From an uncultured delta proteobacterium (GTDB taxonomy: Bacteria; Myxococcota; Myxococcia; SLRQ01): DNA of 64,000 nt. The position numbers and the translations under genes were made by a program. The DNA is taken from positions 768,001 to 832,000 of the forward strand of contig CAVSGM010000001.1 in assembly GCA_963727485.1 (NCBI GenBank), given 5' to 3'. Under the pieces are notes generated by a model. That model was not told the origin of the DNA and did no database searches. It saw only the letters and a list, made by a program, of their open reading frames with translations. Below are positions 1 through 13,789 of this stretch, in pieces. Positions within the stretch are counted from its first letter, which is position 1, and every line of letters begins with the position of its first letter.

Positions 1-2
1 AG

Positions 3-725
3 CCTTCGTGGCAGGGCGAGGCGGTGGCCTTCTCCGGGGTCACCGACTGCTACCAGCCCCTGGAGGCGAGCTACCAGCTCACCCGCCGCTGCCTCGAGGT
101 CTGCCTCGAGTTCAAGAACCCCGTGGGCGTGATCACCAAGGGGGCCCTGATCCAGCGCGACGCCGACCTCCTCGGGCGGCTGGCCCGGGAGGCCCGGGCC
201 AAGGTCTTCGTCTCCATCCCCTTCGCCGACGACGCCACCGGCCGGGCCCTCGAGCCCTACGCCGCCACCATCGGCCGGCGCTTCGAGACCGTGCGGGTGC
301 TCGCCGACGCCGGGGTGCCGGTGGGGGTCGCCATCGCCCCGGTGATCCCCGGCCTCAACGACAGCCACATCCCCGAGATCCTCGAGCGCGCCAAGGCCGC
401 CGGCGCCACCCGGGCCTTCCGCATCCTCCTCCGGCTCCCCGCCGAGGTCCGCCCGGTCTTCGAGGCGCGCCTCCGCGAGGCCTTCCCCCTGCGCGCCGAG
501 AAGGTCCTCAACGGCCTCCGGGAGATGAAGGGCGGGGCGCTGAACCGCACCGCCTTCGGCGCCCGGATGGTCGGCGAGGGTCCCCGCTGGCTGGCCGTCA
601 CCGCCCTCTTCGACGCCCACGCCAAACGCCTCGGCCTCGACGGCCGCGAGGAGATCGACGTGATCCCCGAGGGCACCACCTTTCGCCGGCCCACCCGCCA
701 GCGCAGCCTCTTCGACGACGACTGA
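3..725 (+). CDS. Radical SAM protein, SplB-like/PA0069 family (5' truncated by window edge)
   Basis: Frame open from nt 3; SGVTDCYQPLE..LTRRCLE, ITKGALIQRD, VAIAPVIPGLND motifs. Confidence 0.85.
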   Translation, partial: PSWQGEAVAFSGVTDCYQPLEASYQLTRRCLEVCLEFKNPVGVITKGALIQRDADLLGRLAREARAKVFVSIPFADDATGRALEPYAATIGRRFETVRVLADAGVPVGVAIAPVIPGLNDSHIPEILERAKAAGATRAFRILLRLPAEVRPVFEARLREAFPLRAEKVLNGLREMKGGALNRTAFGARMVGEGPRWLAVTALFDAHAKRLGLDGREEIDVIPEGTTFRRPTRQRSLFDDD

Positions 726-751
726 CGCGCCCCCCGAGCCCGGGAGCCCCC

Positions 752-1523
752 ATGCAAGACGCCTGGCGTCCCGACCAGTACCACCGCTTCGCCCGCCAGC
801 GCCGGGGGCCCTTCTTCGATCTCCTCCGGGGTGTCGACCGCCGCCCGGGGATGCGGGTGCTCGACCTCGGGTGCGGCACCGGCGAGCTCACCGCGGTGCT
901 GGCCCGGGTGCTCCCCGACAGCGAGGTGGTGGGCGTCGACCGGTCGGCGCGGATGCTCGAGCGCGCCGTTCGACACGCCGGCCCCCGGCTGACCTTCCGC
1001 CAGGGGGACATCGAGGCGGCCCTCGGCGATCTCGGCGACGCCGACCTGGTGTTCTCCAACGCCGCCCTCCAGTGGGTCGACGACCACGCGCGCTTCTTCC
1101 CGGCGCTCCTCGCCGCCCTGAAGCCCGGGGCGCAGCTGGCGGTGCAGATGCCCGACAACCACGACCACCCCTCCCACCGGCTGGCCCGGGACCTCGCCCG
1201 GGAGGCGCCCTTCGCCGCGGCCCTCGGCGGCTACGTCCGTCAGACCCAGGTGCTGCGCCTCGAGCGCTACGCCGAGCTCCTCGAGGCCGCGGGCCTGACG
1301 CGGCTGGACTGCCTGGTGCGCGTCTACGGCCACCGGCTGCCGAGCACCCGCTCGGTGGTGGAGTGGACCCGGGGCACCACCCTGGTGCCCTACCTGGCCC
1401 GCCTCGATCCCGAGGCGGCCGAGGCCTTCCTCGCCGCCTACGACGCCCGGCTCCTGGCGGAGCTCGGGGACCGGGCGCCGTACTACTACCCCTTCCGGCG
1501 GATGCTGCTCTGGGGCCGGCGGC

Positions 1524-1537
<14 letters not shown>
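752..1537 (+). CDS. tam: Trans-aconitate 2-methyltransferase-like class I SAM methyltransferase
   Basis: WRPDQYHRF..RRGPFFDLL, VLDLGCGTG, VFSNAALQWV, LAVQMPDN, YYYPFRR; ATG at 752. Confidence 0.8.
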
Positions 1538-2474
<937 letters not shown>

Positions 2475-2566
2475 GGCCGCGGGAGACTGCCGCGTCGGTG
2501 CCGGTCTTGCAAGGGGCATGGGGACGGCCGCCGGATTCCGCCGGACCGGGGCGCACCCGGGGCCCG

Positions 2567-3811
2567 TCAGGCGGCCTGGCGCTCCACCTCCGGGGCCACC
2601 GCCTTGCCCCGGGTGAGCCGCGAGAGCACCAGCCCCAGGGCCATGGCCCCCGCCGCCACCCAGGCCCAGGTCGCCAGGAACATGTGGGTGATGAGCACGC
2701 CGGCGAGGAGCGGCGCCGAGATCTGGGCCACCGAGTTGAGGGACTGGGTGAGGCCGAGGACCACACCCTGCTCGTGGCGGCCCACGTTCTGGGTCACCAG
2801 GCTGGTGATCGCCGGGCGCAGGACCCCGGTGCCGAAGGAGGCGAGGGTGGTCACCACCAGAAGCGAGGCGATCCCCGCCGAGAGGCCGAGGCCGAAGTAG
2901 GCCACCGCCGCCGAGAGGAAGGCGGCGGTGATGAGCTTTCGCTCCCCGAAGCGGGCCACCAGCCGCCCGATGAGCCCGCCCTGGAGGATGATCCCGAGCA
3001 GGCCGGCGTAGGCGAAGATGTAGCCGACCTCCTTGGGGCCGAAGGGCTGGCCGTGCCACAGGAAGCGCCGCTCGGCGAAGAGGGCGAAGCCGGCGGTGAA
3101 GGTGGCGAAGGCGAAGGAGAAGCAGAAGAACTCCCCGAGGAGGCCCCGGAGCACCGGCTGCTTGAAGTACTGGAGGTAGGCGCCCCAGGACAGGATCGAG
3201 AGGCGCTTGCCGCCGGGGGCCGCCTCGCCGCTCTCGGCGATGGAGTGCTCCACCTCCACCTGCGACGCCCGGGGGAGCAGGGTGGCGGTGGCGATGATGC
3301 TGGTGAGCGAGAGGCCGGCGGCCACGTAGATGGGGTAGGTGTAGCTGTACTGGGCCAGCCACCCGGAGAGGCCCGGGCCCACCAGGAACCCAAGCCCGAA
3401 GGCGATGCCGATGAGGGCGAAGCTCTTGGCCCGGTCCTTCGCCTCGGTGACGTCGGAGATGTACGCCTGGGCCAGCGAGAGGTTCCCGGCGGTGGCGCCG
3501 TCGATGACCCGGGAGACGAAGATGACCCACAGGGCCGTGGCCTGGGAGAGCAGGAGGAAGCCGAGCAGGGTGCCGATCTGGCTGACGATGAGCAGCGGCT
3601 TTCGGCCCATCCGGTCCGAGAGCTGGCCCAGGATGGGACCCGACACCAGCTGGCAGAGGGCGTAGGTGCCGATGAGCAGGCCCACCACCGTGGGGCTGGC
3701 GCCGTACTTCTCCGCGTAGAACGGCAGGAGCGGGAGGATGATCGTCAGGCCGAGGACATCGACCACGACGATGAGGAAGATCGGGAGCAGGGGGGAGCGG
3801 GTGCGCGACAC
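2567..3811 (-). CDS. MFS transporter, TetA/DHA1-like
   Basis: About 12 hydrophobic segments; motif A GQLSDRMGRKP; AQAYISDVT. Confidence 0.9.
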   Translation of the reverse strand: MSRTRSPLLPIFLIVVVDVLGLTIILPLLPFYAEKYGASPTVVGLLIGTYALCQLVSGPILGQLSDRMGRKPLLIVSQIGTLLGFLLLSQATALWVIFVSRVIDGATAGNLSLAQAYISDVTEAKDRAKSFALIGIAFGLGFLVGPGLSGWLAQYSYTYPIYVAAGLSLTSIIATATLLPRASQVEVEHSIAESGEAAPGGKRLSILSWGAYLQYFKQPVLRGLLGEFFCFSFAFATFTAGFALFAERRFLWHGQPFGPKEVGYIFAYAGLLGIILQGGLIGRLVARFGERKLITAAFLSAAVAYFGLGLSAGIASLLVVTTLASFGTGVLRPAITSLVTQNVGRHEQGVVLGLTQSLNSVAQISAPLLAGVLITHMFLATWAWVAAGAMALGLVLSRLTRGKAVAPEVERQAA

Positions 3812-3896
3812 GATGAAGCCCCAGGTTGGCGTGGGGGCAAAGCCTAGGCCCGGCCGGGTCTAGCACCAGCGCCGGCGCCGGCGCCAGGGCCAGGGC

Positions 3897-4484
3897 CTAC
3901 TCCGCCGAGCCGTAGTGCTCGTCGGGACCGCGGTTGTAGAAGCGCACCGACCGCTCGGCGATCTTGAGGACCGCCTCGGCGCCCTCCCGGGGGACCACCG
4001 CGTACTCGATGGCGTGGGGCAGGGGGTGCTCGATGATCGCCAGCTCCCCGGTCCCCAGCTTCGCCTCGACCTCCTCGGAGACCAGCATCCGCTTGATGCG
4101 CCCCTTGCGGTCCTGGAAGAAGAAGACCTTCGCGCCGGCGGCCTCGAGGCCCAGGGCGTCGGCGACCCGGCGGACGTCCTCGGCCTTCTGGCGCTCCTCG
4201 GCGGCGCGGCGGCGGTTCTCGGCGCGCTCCCGGTCGAGGGCCGCCTGCTTCTCCTTCTCGGCGCGCTTCGCCTCGGCGGCGGCGAGCTCCTCTGGGGTCA
4301 GGCGCTCCTCGGCGGGCTTCGGCGGCCCGCCCGGGCCCCGGCCCCCCCGGCCCTTGGCCTTGCCCTTGCCCTTGCCCCGGGCCTGGCGGTCGCGCCGGGC
4401 CGCGTCGGCCTCGGCCTGCTTCACCTGGTCCTCGTTGACGAGGCCGGCTTGGAGGAGCTTGTCCCGGAGGTTGTTGATGGCCAT
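3897..4484 (-). CDS. DUF2058 (YaiL-like) family protein
   Basis: N-terminal NLRDKLLQAGLV, charged coiled coil, FFFQDRKGRIKRMLV. Confidence 0.7.
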   Translation of the reverse strand: MAINNLRDKLLQAGLVNEDQVKQAEADAARRDRQARGKGKGKAKGRGGRGPGGPPKPAEERLTPEELAAAEAKRAEKEKQAALDRERAENRRRAAEERQKAEDVRRVADALGLEAAGAKVFFFQDRKGRIKRMLVSEEVEAKLGTGELAIIEHPLPHAIEYAVVPREGAEAVLKIAERSVRFYNRGPDEHYGSAE

Positions 4485-4574
4485 GGCGCCTCCCATCGCG
4501 TCGGGGCCGTGACGCGCACCCGCGCCTCGTCCTAACCTCTACGACACCGGCGCCCTCGCGTCACCCCCACCCCC

Positions 4575-5453
4575 ATGCCCCCCACCGCCGACATCGACGC
4601 CCTCTGCCACCGCCTGGGGATCCCCGGGGTGGTCGACGCCCACTGCCACTTCATGCCCGAGGCGGTGCTCCGGAAGGTGTGGCGCTGGTTCGACGAGGGC
4701 GCGCCCTACCCCTGGCCCATCCAGTACCGGGAGGACGAGTCCACGCGGCGCGCCGCCCTCGAGGCGCTCGGGGTCACCCGCTACACCAGCCTCAACTACG
4801 CCCACAAGCCGGGGATGGCGGCCTGGCTCAACGACTGGACCCTGGGGCTGCTGGACCGTGACCCCAGGGTCATCGGCACCGGCACCTTCTTCCCCGAGCC
4901 CGAGGCCCCACGCTACCTCGACCGGCTCCTCGCCGACGGCCGCATCCGGGGGTTCAAGCTCCACCTCCAGGTGGGCGGGTTCCACCCGGACGATCCCCGG
5001 CTCCACCCCGGCTACGCCCGGCTCCAGGAGGCGGGGCTGCCGGTGGTGATCCACTGCGGGACGGCGCCGGTGGCCGGACCCCACACGGCGGCCGGGGAGA
5101 TGGACGCCCTGCTCGCGCACTTCCCCGACCTGAAGGTCATCGTGGCCCACATGGGTGCCTACGAGTACGGCCACTACCTCCGGCTCGCCGAGCAGCGGCC
5201 CTCGGTCTTCCTCGACACCACCATGATCTTCGTCCCGTTCCTCCCCGGGCCGCCGTTCCCCGAGGCGCTCCTCCCGCGCCTCGAGGCCCTCGGGGACAAG
5301 GTCCTCTTCGGCTCGGACTTCCCCAACATCCCCTACCCCTACGGGGCGGCGGTGCAGGGCCTGGTGGACCTGGGGTTCGGGGACGGGTGGCTCCGGGGCG
5401 TCCTCCACGACAACGCCCTGCGGGTCTTCGGCGTCGACGACCTGCCCGCGTGA
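4575..5453 (+). CDS. Amidohydrolase family protein (Amidohydro_2)
   Basis: VDAHCH, GFKLHLQVG, VVIHCG, IVAHMG, VLFGSDFPNIP. Confidence 0.88.
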   Translation: MPPTADIDALCHRLGIPGVVDAHCHFMPEAVLRKVWRWFDEGAPYPWPIQYREDESTRRAALEALGVTRYTSLNYAHKPGMAAWLNDWTLGLLDRDPRVIGTGTFFPEPEAPRYLDRLLADGRIRGFKLHLQVGGFHPDDPRLHPGYARLQEAGLPVVIHCGTAPVAGPHTAAGEMDALLAHFPDLKVIVAHMGAYEYGHYLRLAEQRPSVFLDTTMIFVPFLPGPPFPEALLPRLEALGDKVLFGSDFPNIPYPYGAAVQGLVDLGFGDGWLRGVLHDNALRVFGVDDLPA

Positions 5454-5491
5454 GCGCCGCGCCGAGGGTCACCGGACCCACGCGGCGCCGG

Positions 5492-6497
5492 TCACTCGGG
5501 CCGGTCGACCCGGCCGCCGGGGTGGCGGGCGAAGCGCCCGGCGTCCCGGGGGTGCACCGGCCCCGGTCCCTTGAAGGGCCAGCCGCCGAAGCCGGTGGCC
5601 TGGTAGTCGAGGAACGCCTGCTTGAGGTCGCCCTCGGTGGCCAGCACGAAGGGACCGTACTGGACCACCGGCTCGCGGATGGGCCGGCCCTGGAGCACCA
5701 AGAGGTCGGCGCCGTCGTCTCCGGCGGCCAGCGGCACCTCGGCGGTGGGCACCACCTCCACCCGGGCGCCCTCGGGGACCGGCTGGCCGTCGACGGCGAG
5801 GCCCGCGCCCCGGTAGGCGTAGAGGGCCCGGCGCACGGTGTCGGAATCCGGCGGGGAGGGTGAAGCGCGCCCCGGGCTCGAGGTGCACGTGCCAGATGGC
5901 GACCTGGGCGTCGTCCCGGGCGGCCCAGGACTCGGGGGGCGGCGGCGGGGGCACCCGGTCGCCGAAGGCGCCGGCGACCACGTCGACCACCACGCCCTCG
6001 GCCTCGAGGCGCGGGAGCTGCTCCCGCCAGAGCATGGAGAAGTGGGGCTCGACCATCTTGGCGGCCCGGGGGAGGTTCAGCCAGATCTGGAAGAGCTCGA
6101 GGGGGTTCGGGCCCGCGTCGTCGAGGAGGGGGAACATCTCGCTGTGGACGATGCCCGCCCCGGCGGTGACCCACTGCACGTCCCCGGCGCCGAAGCGCGC
6201 GGTGGCGCCGAGGGAGTCCGAGTGGTCGATGAAGCCCCGGCGGATGAAGGTCACCGTTTCGAAGCCCCGGTGGGGGTGGGCGGGGAAGCCGGGGATGGTC
6301 TCGCCGTGGTACATCCGCCAGCCCTCGCGCCCCTCGAAGTCCATCCCCAGGTTCCGGCCCGCCAGCGACGCCGCCGGCCCCAGGTCCGCGTTCCCCGCCG
6401 GGTAGGCGTCGAGGTGGTGCATGCAGAAGAGGAACGGGTCGAAGGTCTCCCAGGGCGTGCCCTGGGGATCGATGCGGACGACGACGTCGTGGCTCAT
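5492..6497 (-). CDS. Pirin family protein, split by one frameshift near 5850
   Basis: DPFLFCMHH, GFPAHPHRGFETVT, AGAGIVHSEM in the first frame; GRPIREPVVQYGPFV in the second frame (5492-5836). Confidence 0.85.
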
Positions 6498-6593
6498 GGC
6501 GGCTGGCTCTCGGGTCGGGTTCACGGGAGGGACCTTGGGCCGCAGCGGCGCCCGGCGCCAGCCCGGACCGGGGCAACACCGTCGAGCCCCCCT

Positions 6594-7358
6594 TTAGAGC
6601 CGGGGCATCAGGCCCTCGAAGGCGGGCACGGCCGGGAGCGGGAGGTGGACCGAGACCACCGGCGTCACCTCGGTGCGCTCGGGGTTCACCTCCACCGTGG
6701 GAACGCCCCCGCGGGCGGCCTCGACCACCGGCCCGGCGATGTAGGGGAAGAGGCTGGTGGTGCCCACCGAGAACACCACGTCGAAGCCGGCGGCGAGCTC
6801 GGCCTCGAGGCGCAGCACCTTCTTCAGGGGCAGCATCTCCCCGAAGAGGATCACGTCGGGGCGGAGCACCGCGCCGCACTCGCCGCAGCGGGGCAGGGGG
6901 CCCAGGCCCTCGTAGCTCGAGACCCGGCGCCGCGCCTCGCAGCCGGTGCAGCGGATCACGTGGGCGTCGCCGTGGATGTCGATGATCTGCCGGGAGCCGG
7001 CGGCGTGGTGGAGGCCGTCGACGTTCTGGGTGAGGACCACCAGGCGGGGGATGCGCGCCTGGAGCTCGGCGATGGCCCGGTGGGCGGCGTTGGGCTCGGC
7101 GTGGAGGCGGGCCTCGGAGACCTGGTGGAGGTACTTCCAGGTGACCTCCGGGTGCGCGGCGAAGTACTCGCCGCTCATCACCACCTCGATGGGGACGCCC
7201 TCCTCGGGGTGGCGGCCGGTGTAGAGGCCCGCGGGGCCGCGGTAGGTGGGCAGGCCGCTCTCGGCGCTCACCCCGGCGCCGGTGATGAACAGGGCGCTCC
7301 GGGCCTCGCGGAGGAGGGCGGCGGCGACGTCGAGGCGGGTGTCGAGCTCGGCTACCAT
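6594..7358 (-). CDS. cobB: NAD-dependent protein deacylase (Sir2/CobB)
   Basis: [26 protein letters not shown]..CxxC..Cxx[11 protein letters not shown]. Confidence 0.92.
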   Translation of the reverse strand: MVAELDTRLDVAAALLREARSALFITGAGVSAESGLPTYRGPAGLYTGRHPEEGVPIEVVMSGEYFAAHPEVTWKYLHQVSEARLHAEPNAAHRAIAELQARIPRLVVLTQNVDGLHHAAGSRQIIDIHGDAHVIRCTGCEARRRVSSYEGLGPLPRCGECGAVLRPDVILFGEMLPLKKVLRLEAELAAGFDVVFSVGTTSLFPYIAGPVVEAARGGVPTVEVNPERTEVTPVVSVHLPLPAVPAFEGLMPRL

Positions 7359-7400
7359 GGACGGGTTCCTTCCGGAGGCGCCTCGGGTATCGTAGCCGCG

Positions 7401-8498
7401 ATGCGGCCTCCGTCCATCTGCTTCGCCATGGCGGCCCCGGGCCTCGAGGGGGTGCTCGCCGACGAGTGCCGGCAGCTCGGCTTCCGGGGCCTCGAGCCGG
7501 TGACCGGCGGGGTGGAGTTCGAGGGGGGCCTGGCCGAGGGGATGCGCGCCTGCCTCTGGCTGCGCACCGCGACCACCGTGCGCCTGCGCCTGGGGACGGT
7601 GCCGGCGGCGAGCGCCTCGGCCCTGGAGCGGGCCCTGGGCCGGCTCCCGGTGGCGCCCTACCTCCCGGCGACCGGGCCGGTGCCGGTGCAGGCGGTGAGC
7701 CGCCGCTCGCGCCTCAAGCACACCGGGCGCCTGGTGGAGATCGTGGGCCGGAGCCTCCCGGGGGTGGAGATCGCCGGGGGCGCCGGGGGCCTGCACCTGC
7801 GGGTGGAGTCCGAGCGCGCGACCCTCTCGGTGGACCTCGCCGGGGACCGGCTCCACCAGCGGGGGTGGCGCCTCGAGGGCGGGCCGGCGCCGCTCCGGGA
7901 GACCTTGGCGGCGGGGCTCCTCAAGCTCATGGGCCATGCCGGCGACGCGCCCTTCGTGGATCCCATGTGCGGCTCCGGGACCCTGGTGATCGAGGCGGCG
8001 CTGGCGGCCACCGGCCGGGCCCCGGGCCTCGGGCGGCGCTTCGCCTTCGAGGCGTTCCCGGCCTTCGAGCCCGCGCGGCTGAAGGCCCTGCGCCGGGCCG
8101 CCGAGCAGGCCATCCACCCGGCGGCGGCACCGGTCCTCGGCTCCGACCGCCACCGGGGCGCGGTGGGCTCGGCGACCCGGAACGCCGAGCGCGCCGGGGT
8201 CGCCGAGGCGGTCACCGTGCGCCTCGCCGACGTCCGCGAGACCGAGCCCCCCGCCGGACCCCCGGGGCTGGTGGTCACCAATCCGCCCTACGGGGCCCGG
8301 CTGCCGGTGGCCGACCTCGCCGGTCTCTACCGGGACCTGGGGCGGGCGCTCTCGGCCCGCTTCCCCGGGTGGCGCCTGGGCCTCCTGGCCCCCGAGGCGC
8401 GCCTCGCCGAGGCCACCGGGATCCCCTTCGACGACTCGGTGGCGCTCCCCAACGGGGGGCTGCGGGTGCGTCTGTGGCGGGGGCGCGTCCCCGGCTGA
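7401..8498 (+). CDS. THUMP-domain RNA methyltransferase (RlmL-like)
   Basis: [42 protein letters not shown]. Confidence 0.88.
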   Translation: MRPPSICFAMAAPGLEGVLADECRQLGFRGLEPVTGGVEFEGGLAEGMRACLWLRTATTVRLRLGTVPAASASALERALGRLPVAPYLPATGPVPVQAVSRRSRLKHTGRLVEIVGRSLPGVEIAGGAGGLHLRVESERATLSVDLAGDRLHQRGWRLEGGPAPLRETLAAGLLKLMGHAGDAPFVDPMCGSGTLVIEAALAATGRAPGLGRRFAFEAFPAFEPARLKALRRAAEQAIHPAAAPVLGSDRHRGAVGSATRNAERAGVAEAVTVRLADVRETEPPAGPPGLVVTNPPYGARLPVADLAGLYRDLGRALSARFPGWRLGLLAPEARLAEATGIPFDDSVALPNGGLRVRLWRGRVPG

Positions 8499-8689
8499 GC
8501 GCCGACGCCGCTCATGACCCTTGGCCTTCCGTCGGTGAAGGACTAAGGTGCGCCCGTACCGCGCTGGCGACCAGGCGCGCGGCGCTCCCGGCGTCGCGCA
8601 GGGGCGCACCCCTCGACGCGGCCCATCCGATCCGCCAGGAAGCATCGCCCCATGGGCGCAGCCTTCCTGCCATCACCTGGGAGCGTGGA

Positions 8690-11398
<2,709 letters not shown>

Positions 11399-11461
11399 CC
11401 GGGGCCACCGCCCGGCCGTCGAGCGAGGCGTCGTCCCCTGGGGGCGGCGCCTCGCGTCGTC

Positions 11462-11803
11462 TTAGCGCGCGTCCGCCGCCCCGGTGCGCCACCAGGCGAG
11501 GCTGGTGAGGATGGTCACCGCGCCCAGGGCGAGCCCCTGGTGCATCAGGCTGGGGCCCAGGGTCGCGAGGTGGAGGCTCCTGGTGAGGAGCACCGCCTTG
11601 GCGTCGGGGCCCCGGGCGTTGCCGGCGAGGGTGAGGAGCGCGGCGGCGTGGCCCAGGGCGCTTCCGGCCCCCTCGAGGACGAGGGCCCCCAGGGCGCCGA
11701 AGCACAGGGGCAGGAGCGAGAGGCTGGGCCGGAAAAGCTGGGCCAGGGCGGCGAGGACGCCCGCGGCGACGGCCGCCCAGGTGATCACCAGGCCCAGGCT
11801 CAT
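11462..11803 (-). CDS. Small three-TM membrane protein, paralog-like to upstream neighbour
   Basis: MSLGLVITW.. start overlaps the upstream stop (ATGA); three hydrophobic segments. Confidence 0.55.
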   Translation of the reverse strand: MSLGLVITWAAVAAGVLAALAQLFRPSLSLLPLCFGALGALVLEGAGSALGHAAALLTLAGNARGPDAKAVLLTRSLHLATLGPSLMHQGLALGAVTILTSLAWWRTGAADAR

Positions 11804-12162
11804 GACCGGCGCTCCGCCCGGAGCGTCCGGTCCAGGGCCGCCCCGGCGCCCCACAGCAGGGCCACCAGGCCGCCGCCGAGGCAGGCCACCTGGGTGGGGA
11901 TGATCGAGATCGACAGGGAGGCGTCGGTGAGGGGGCCGTGGGGGCCGGTGATGGTGGCCATGGCGCGCATGGTCTGGAGGACCCCGAGGCCGGTGCCGGT
12001 GACGCCCACGGCGAGGGAGACGCCGAGGGCGCCGAGGACCAGGGGCGCCAGGCGCACCCGGCCGGCGAGTAGGAGCTGGAGCACGGCGGCCACGAGGCCC
12101 ACCACGGTGAGCGCGGCGGTGCCCAGGGCGAAGAGGCCGCCGTCTTGGAGGAGGTGGAGCAT
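11800..12162 (-). CDS. Small membrane protein resembling short MotA/TolQ/ExbB channel-like proteins
   Basis: MLHLLQDGG start, GVTGTGLGVLQTMRAM, SLSISIIPT pattern. Confidence 0.55.
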   Translation of the reverse strand: MLHLLQDGGLFALGTAALTVVGLVAAVLQLLLAGRVRLAPLVLGALGVSLAVGVTGTGLGVLQTMRAMATITGPHGPLTDASLSISIIPTQVACLGGGLVALLWGAGAALDRTLRAERRS

Positions 12163-12207
12163 GGCGGCACCCTACGAGGGGTGCTCGCCGGCGTCCAGCC
12201 GCCTGAC

Positions 12208-12939
12208 CTAGAGCGCGATCGAGACCAGGCGGCCGACCAGGGCGGTGATCGCCATGGCGGCGCCGCCGCCCACCAGGACCCGCACGGCGCCCCGGAGGCG
12301 CGGGGCGGCGCCGAGATGCGCGCCCAGGGCGCCGAGGCCCGCGAGAAGGACCAGCGTGGTCGCGACCACCACCGGCGCCGCCAGGGCCGCCGGCGCCAGG
12401 AGCATGGCGAGGATGGGCAGCACCGCGCCGAGGGCGAAGCTCGCCGCCGAGGTGGCGGCGGCCTGGACCGGGCGGGCGAGGGCGGAGACGTCGAGGCCCA
12501 GCTCCTCCCGGGCGTGGACCGCCAGGCGGTCGTCGCCGGCCATCAGCTCCCGGGCGACCTCGGACGCCAGCTCTGGCGAGAGCCCCTTCTTGCGGTAGAG
12601 GCCCGCGAGCTCCCGCTCCTCGGCCTCGGGGAAGCGCTCGAGCTCGTCGCGCTCCCGCTCGAGGTCGGCGCGCTCGGTGTCCCGCTGGCTGGCCACCGAC
12701 ACGTACTCGCCGGCGGCCATGGACAGGGCCCCGGCGGTGAGGCCCGCGAGCCCGGCGGTGAGCACCGCCAGGCGATCGGGGCTGGCGGCGGCCACCCCCA
12801 TCATCAGGCTGGCGGTGGACACCAGCCCGTCGTTGGCGCCGAGGACCGCCGCCCGGAGCCACCCGGTCCGATCGGACCGGTGGCGCTCCACCATGTGTAC
12901 CTGGTGTACCTGGGTGTGGGCCCGCCCCTGGGTCGCCAT
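12208..12939 (-). CDS. VIT1/CCC1 family Fe/Mn transporter
   Basis: WLRAAVLGANDGLVSTASL, GALSMAAGEYVSVASQ, HAREELG; GGAGG RBS before ATG 12939. Confidence 0.93.
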   Translation of the reverse strand: MATQGRAHTQVHQVHMVERHRSDRTGWLRAAVLGANDGLVSTASLMMGVAAASPDRLAVLTAGLAGLTAGALSMAAGEYVSVASQRDTERADLERERDELERFPEAEERELAGLYRKKGLSPELASEVARELMAGDDRLAVHAREELGLDVSALARPVQAAATSAASFALGAVLPILAMLLAPAALAAPVVVATTLVLLAGLGALGAHLGAAPRLRGAVRVLVGGGAAMAITALVGRLVSIAL

Positions 12940-13021
12940 CTGCGCCTCCCGGCCCGCGCGGGGCCTACCGGTGAAGGTGGGCCTCCCGGGGCCGGGAGCA
13001 ACGTCCGGGGCGCCGGTGGCG

Positions 13022-13574
13022 CTAGATGCCGCAGATCTGGCCGCTGTAGTCGCCGGTGGTGACCCCGGTGGCCTGGTCGAGGTTCCCTCGGAGCAGGAGG
13101 TAGCCGTGGGCGCCCTGGAGCCCGTCGGCCCCGTCGGTGATGGTGACCATGGCCGCCTGCTTGCCGTTGCCGCCGAGGTCGATGACCCCGTTGTCGGTGC
13201 CCACCAGCGAGCCGCCCCAGACCGGCTGCACCAGGCTGGAGCCCGTGTAGTAGATGACGCCCGGCGTGGTGGCCTGGGGGCTGGGCATCAGGGAGTCCAT
13301 CACGAAGGAGTAGTCTCCTCGCAGCGAACCGGTGAGCTTGCCGGCGGTGCAGAAGCCCACCGCCGAGCTGCACTGGGCGGCCGGTACCGGCACCGACCGG
13401 TAGTGGCCGTAGACGTGACGGCAGTCGGGGTGGTGGGCGTCCTCGTCGCGGTCGCCGTGGGCGGTGGCCGGCACGGTGAGCGCCAGGGCGCCGACACAGG
13501 CCACCACAGCGCCGAATCCAGCGCCCCCACCGCACACGTTTCCCGTTCACCCGTTCAGGGATCTGGCTTCTCAT
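13022..13574 (-). CDS. Secreted Cys-containing beta-rich protein (dirigent/allene-oxide-cyclase-like, tentative); frameshift in a G-run near 13525
   Basis: GAGGAGG RBS then ATG 13574 (MRSQIPER..); signal peptide ..VPATAHG; four Cys; TITDGADGLQGAHGYL motif. Confidence 0.65.
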
Positions 13575-13660
13575 TTCGGCCTCCTCGGTTGGTTGGGGAT
13601 CGATTTCCCCTCTCGAACACGAGGCCGGGCGAGGTTGATGAGACACCTCGCTGCACGTTT

Positions 13661-13762
13661 CCGTTTCGGCAGCCTCCAGGCTCCGGCCCACCCACGGGGG
13701 TCATCGGAGTCCGCTTGGCATTGCTCGCCCACCGTCACCAGTGGGTTCACCCTTTCGCTCGG
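13661..13762 (-). ncRNA. c-di-GMP-I (GEMM-I)-like riboswitch
   Basis: Minus strand reads CGAAAGGGUGAA-CCCACUG-GUGA-CGGUGGG-CGAGCAAUGCC...CUCCG...CGGAG..GGCUGCCGAA: GNRA-capped P2, P3 and GEMM-like junctions, about 90 nt upstream of the 13574 start. Confidence 0.65.
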
Positions 13763-13789
13763 CCACGTATCGGGTTCTGCTGAAGCCTT

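Noticed and set aside
5836..5860. Programmed frameshifting in pirin (likewise speE)
   Set aside because: No slippery heptamer or stimulatory structure recognised; similar indels throughout the window point to sequencing error.
6594..7358. Sir2 protein as anti-phage defence (Thoeris/DSR)
   Set aside because: Canonical short CobB with a Zn ribbon, in housekeeping context.
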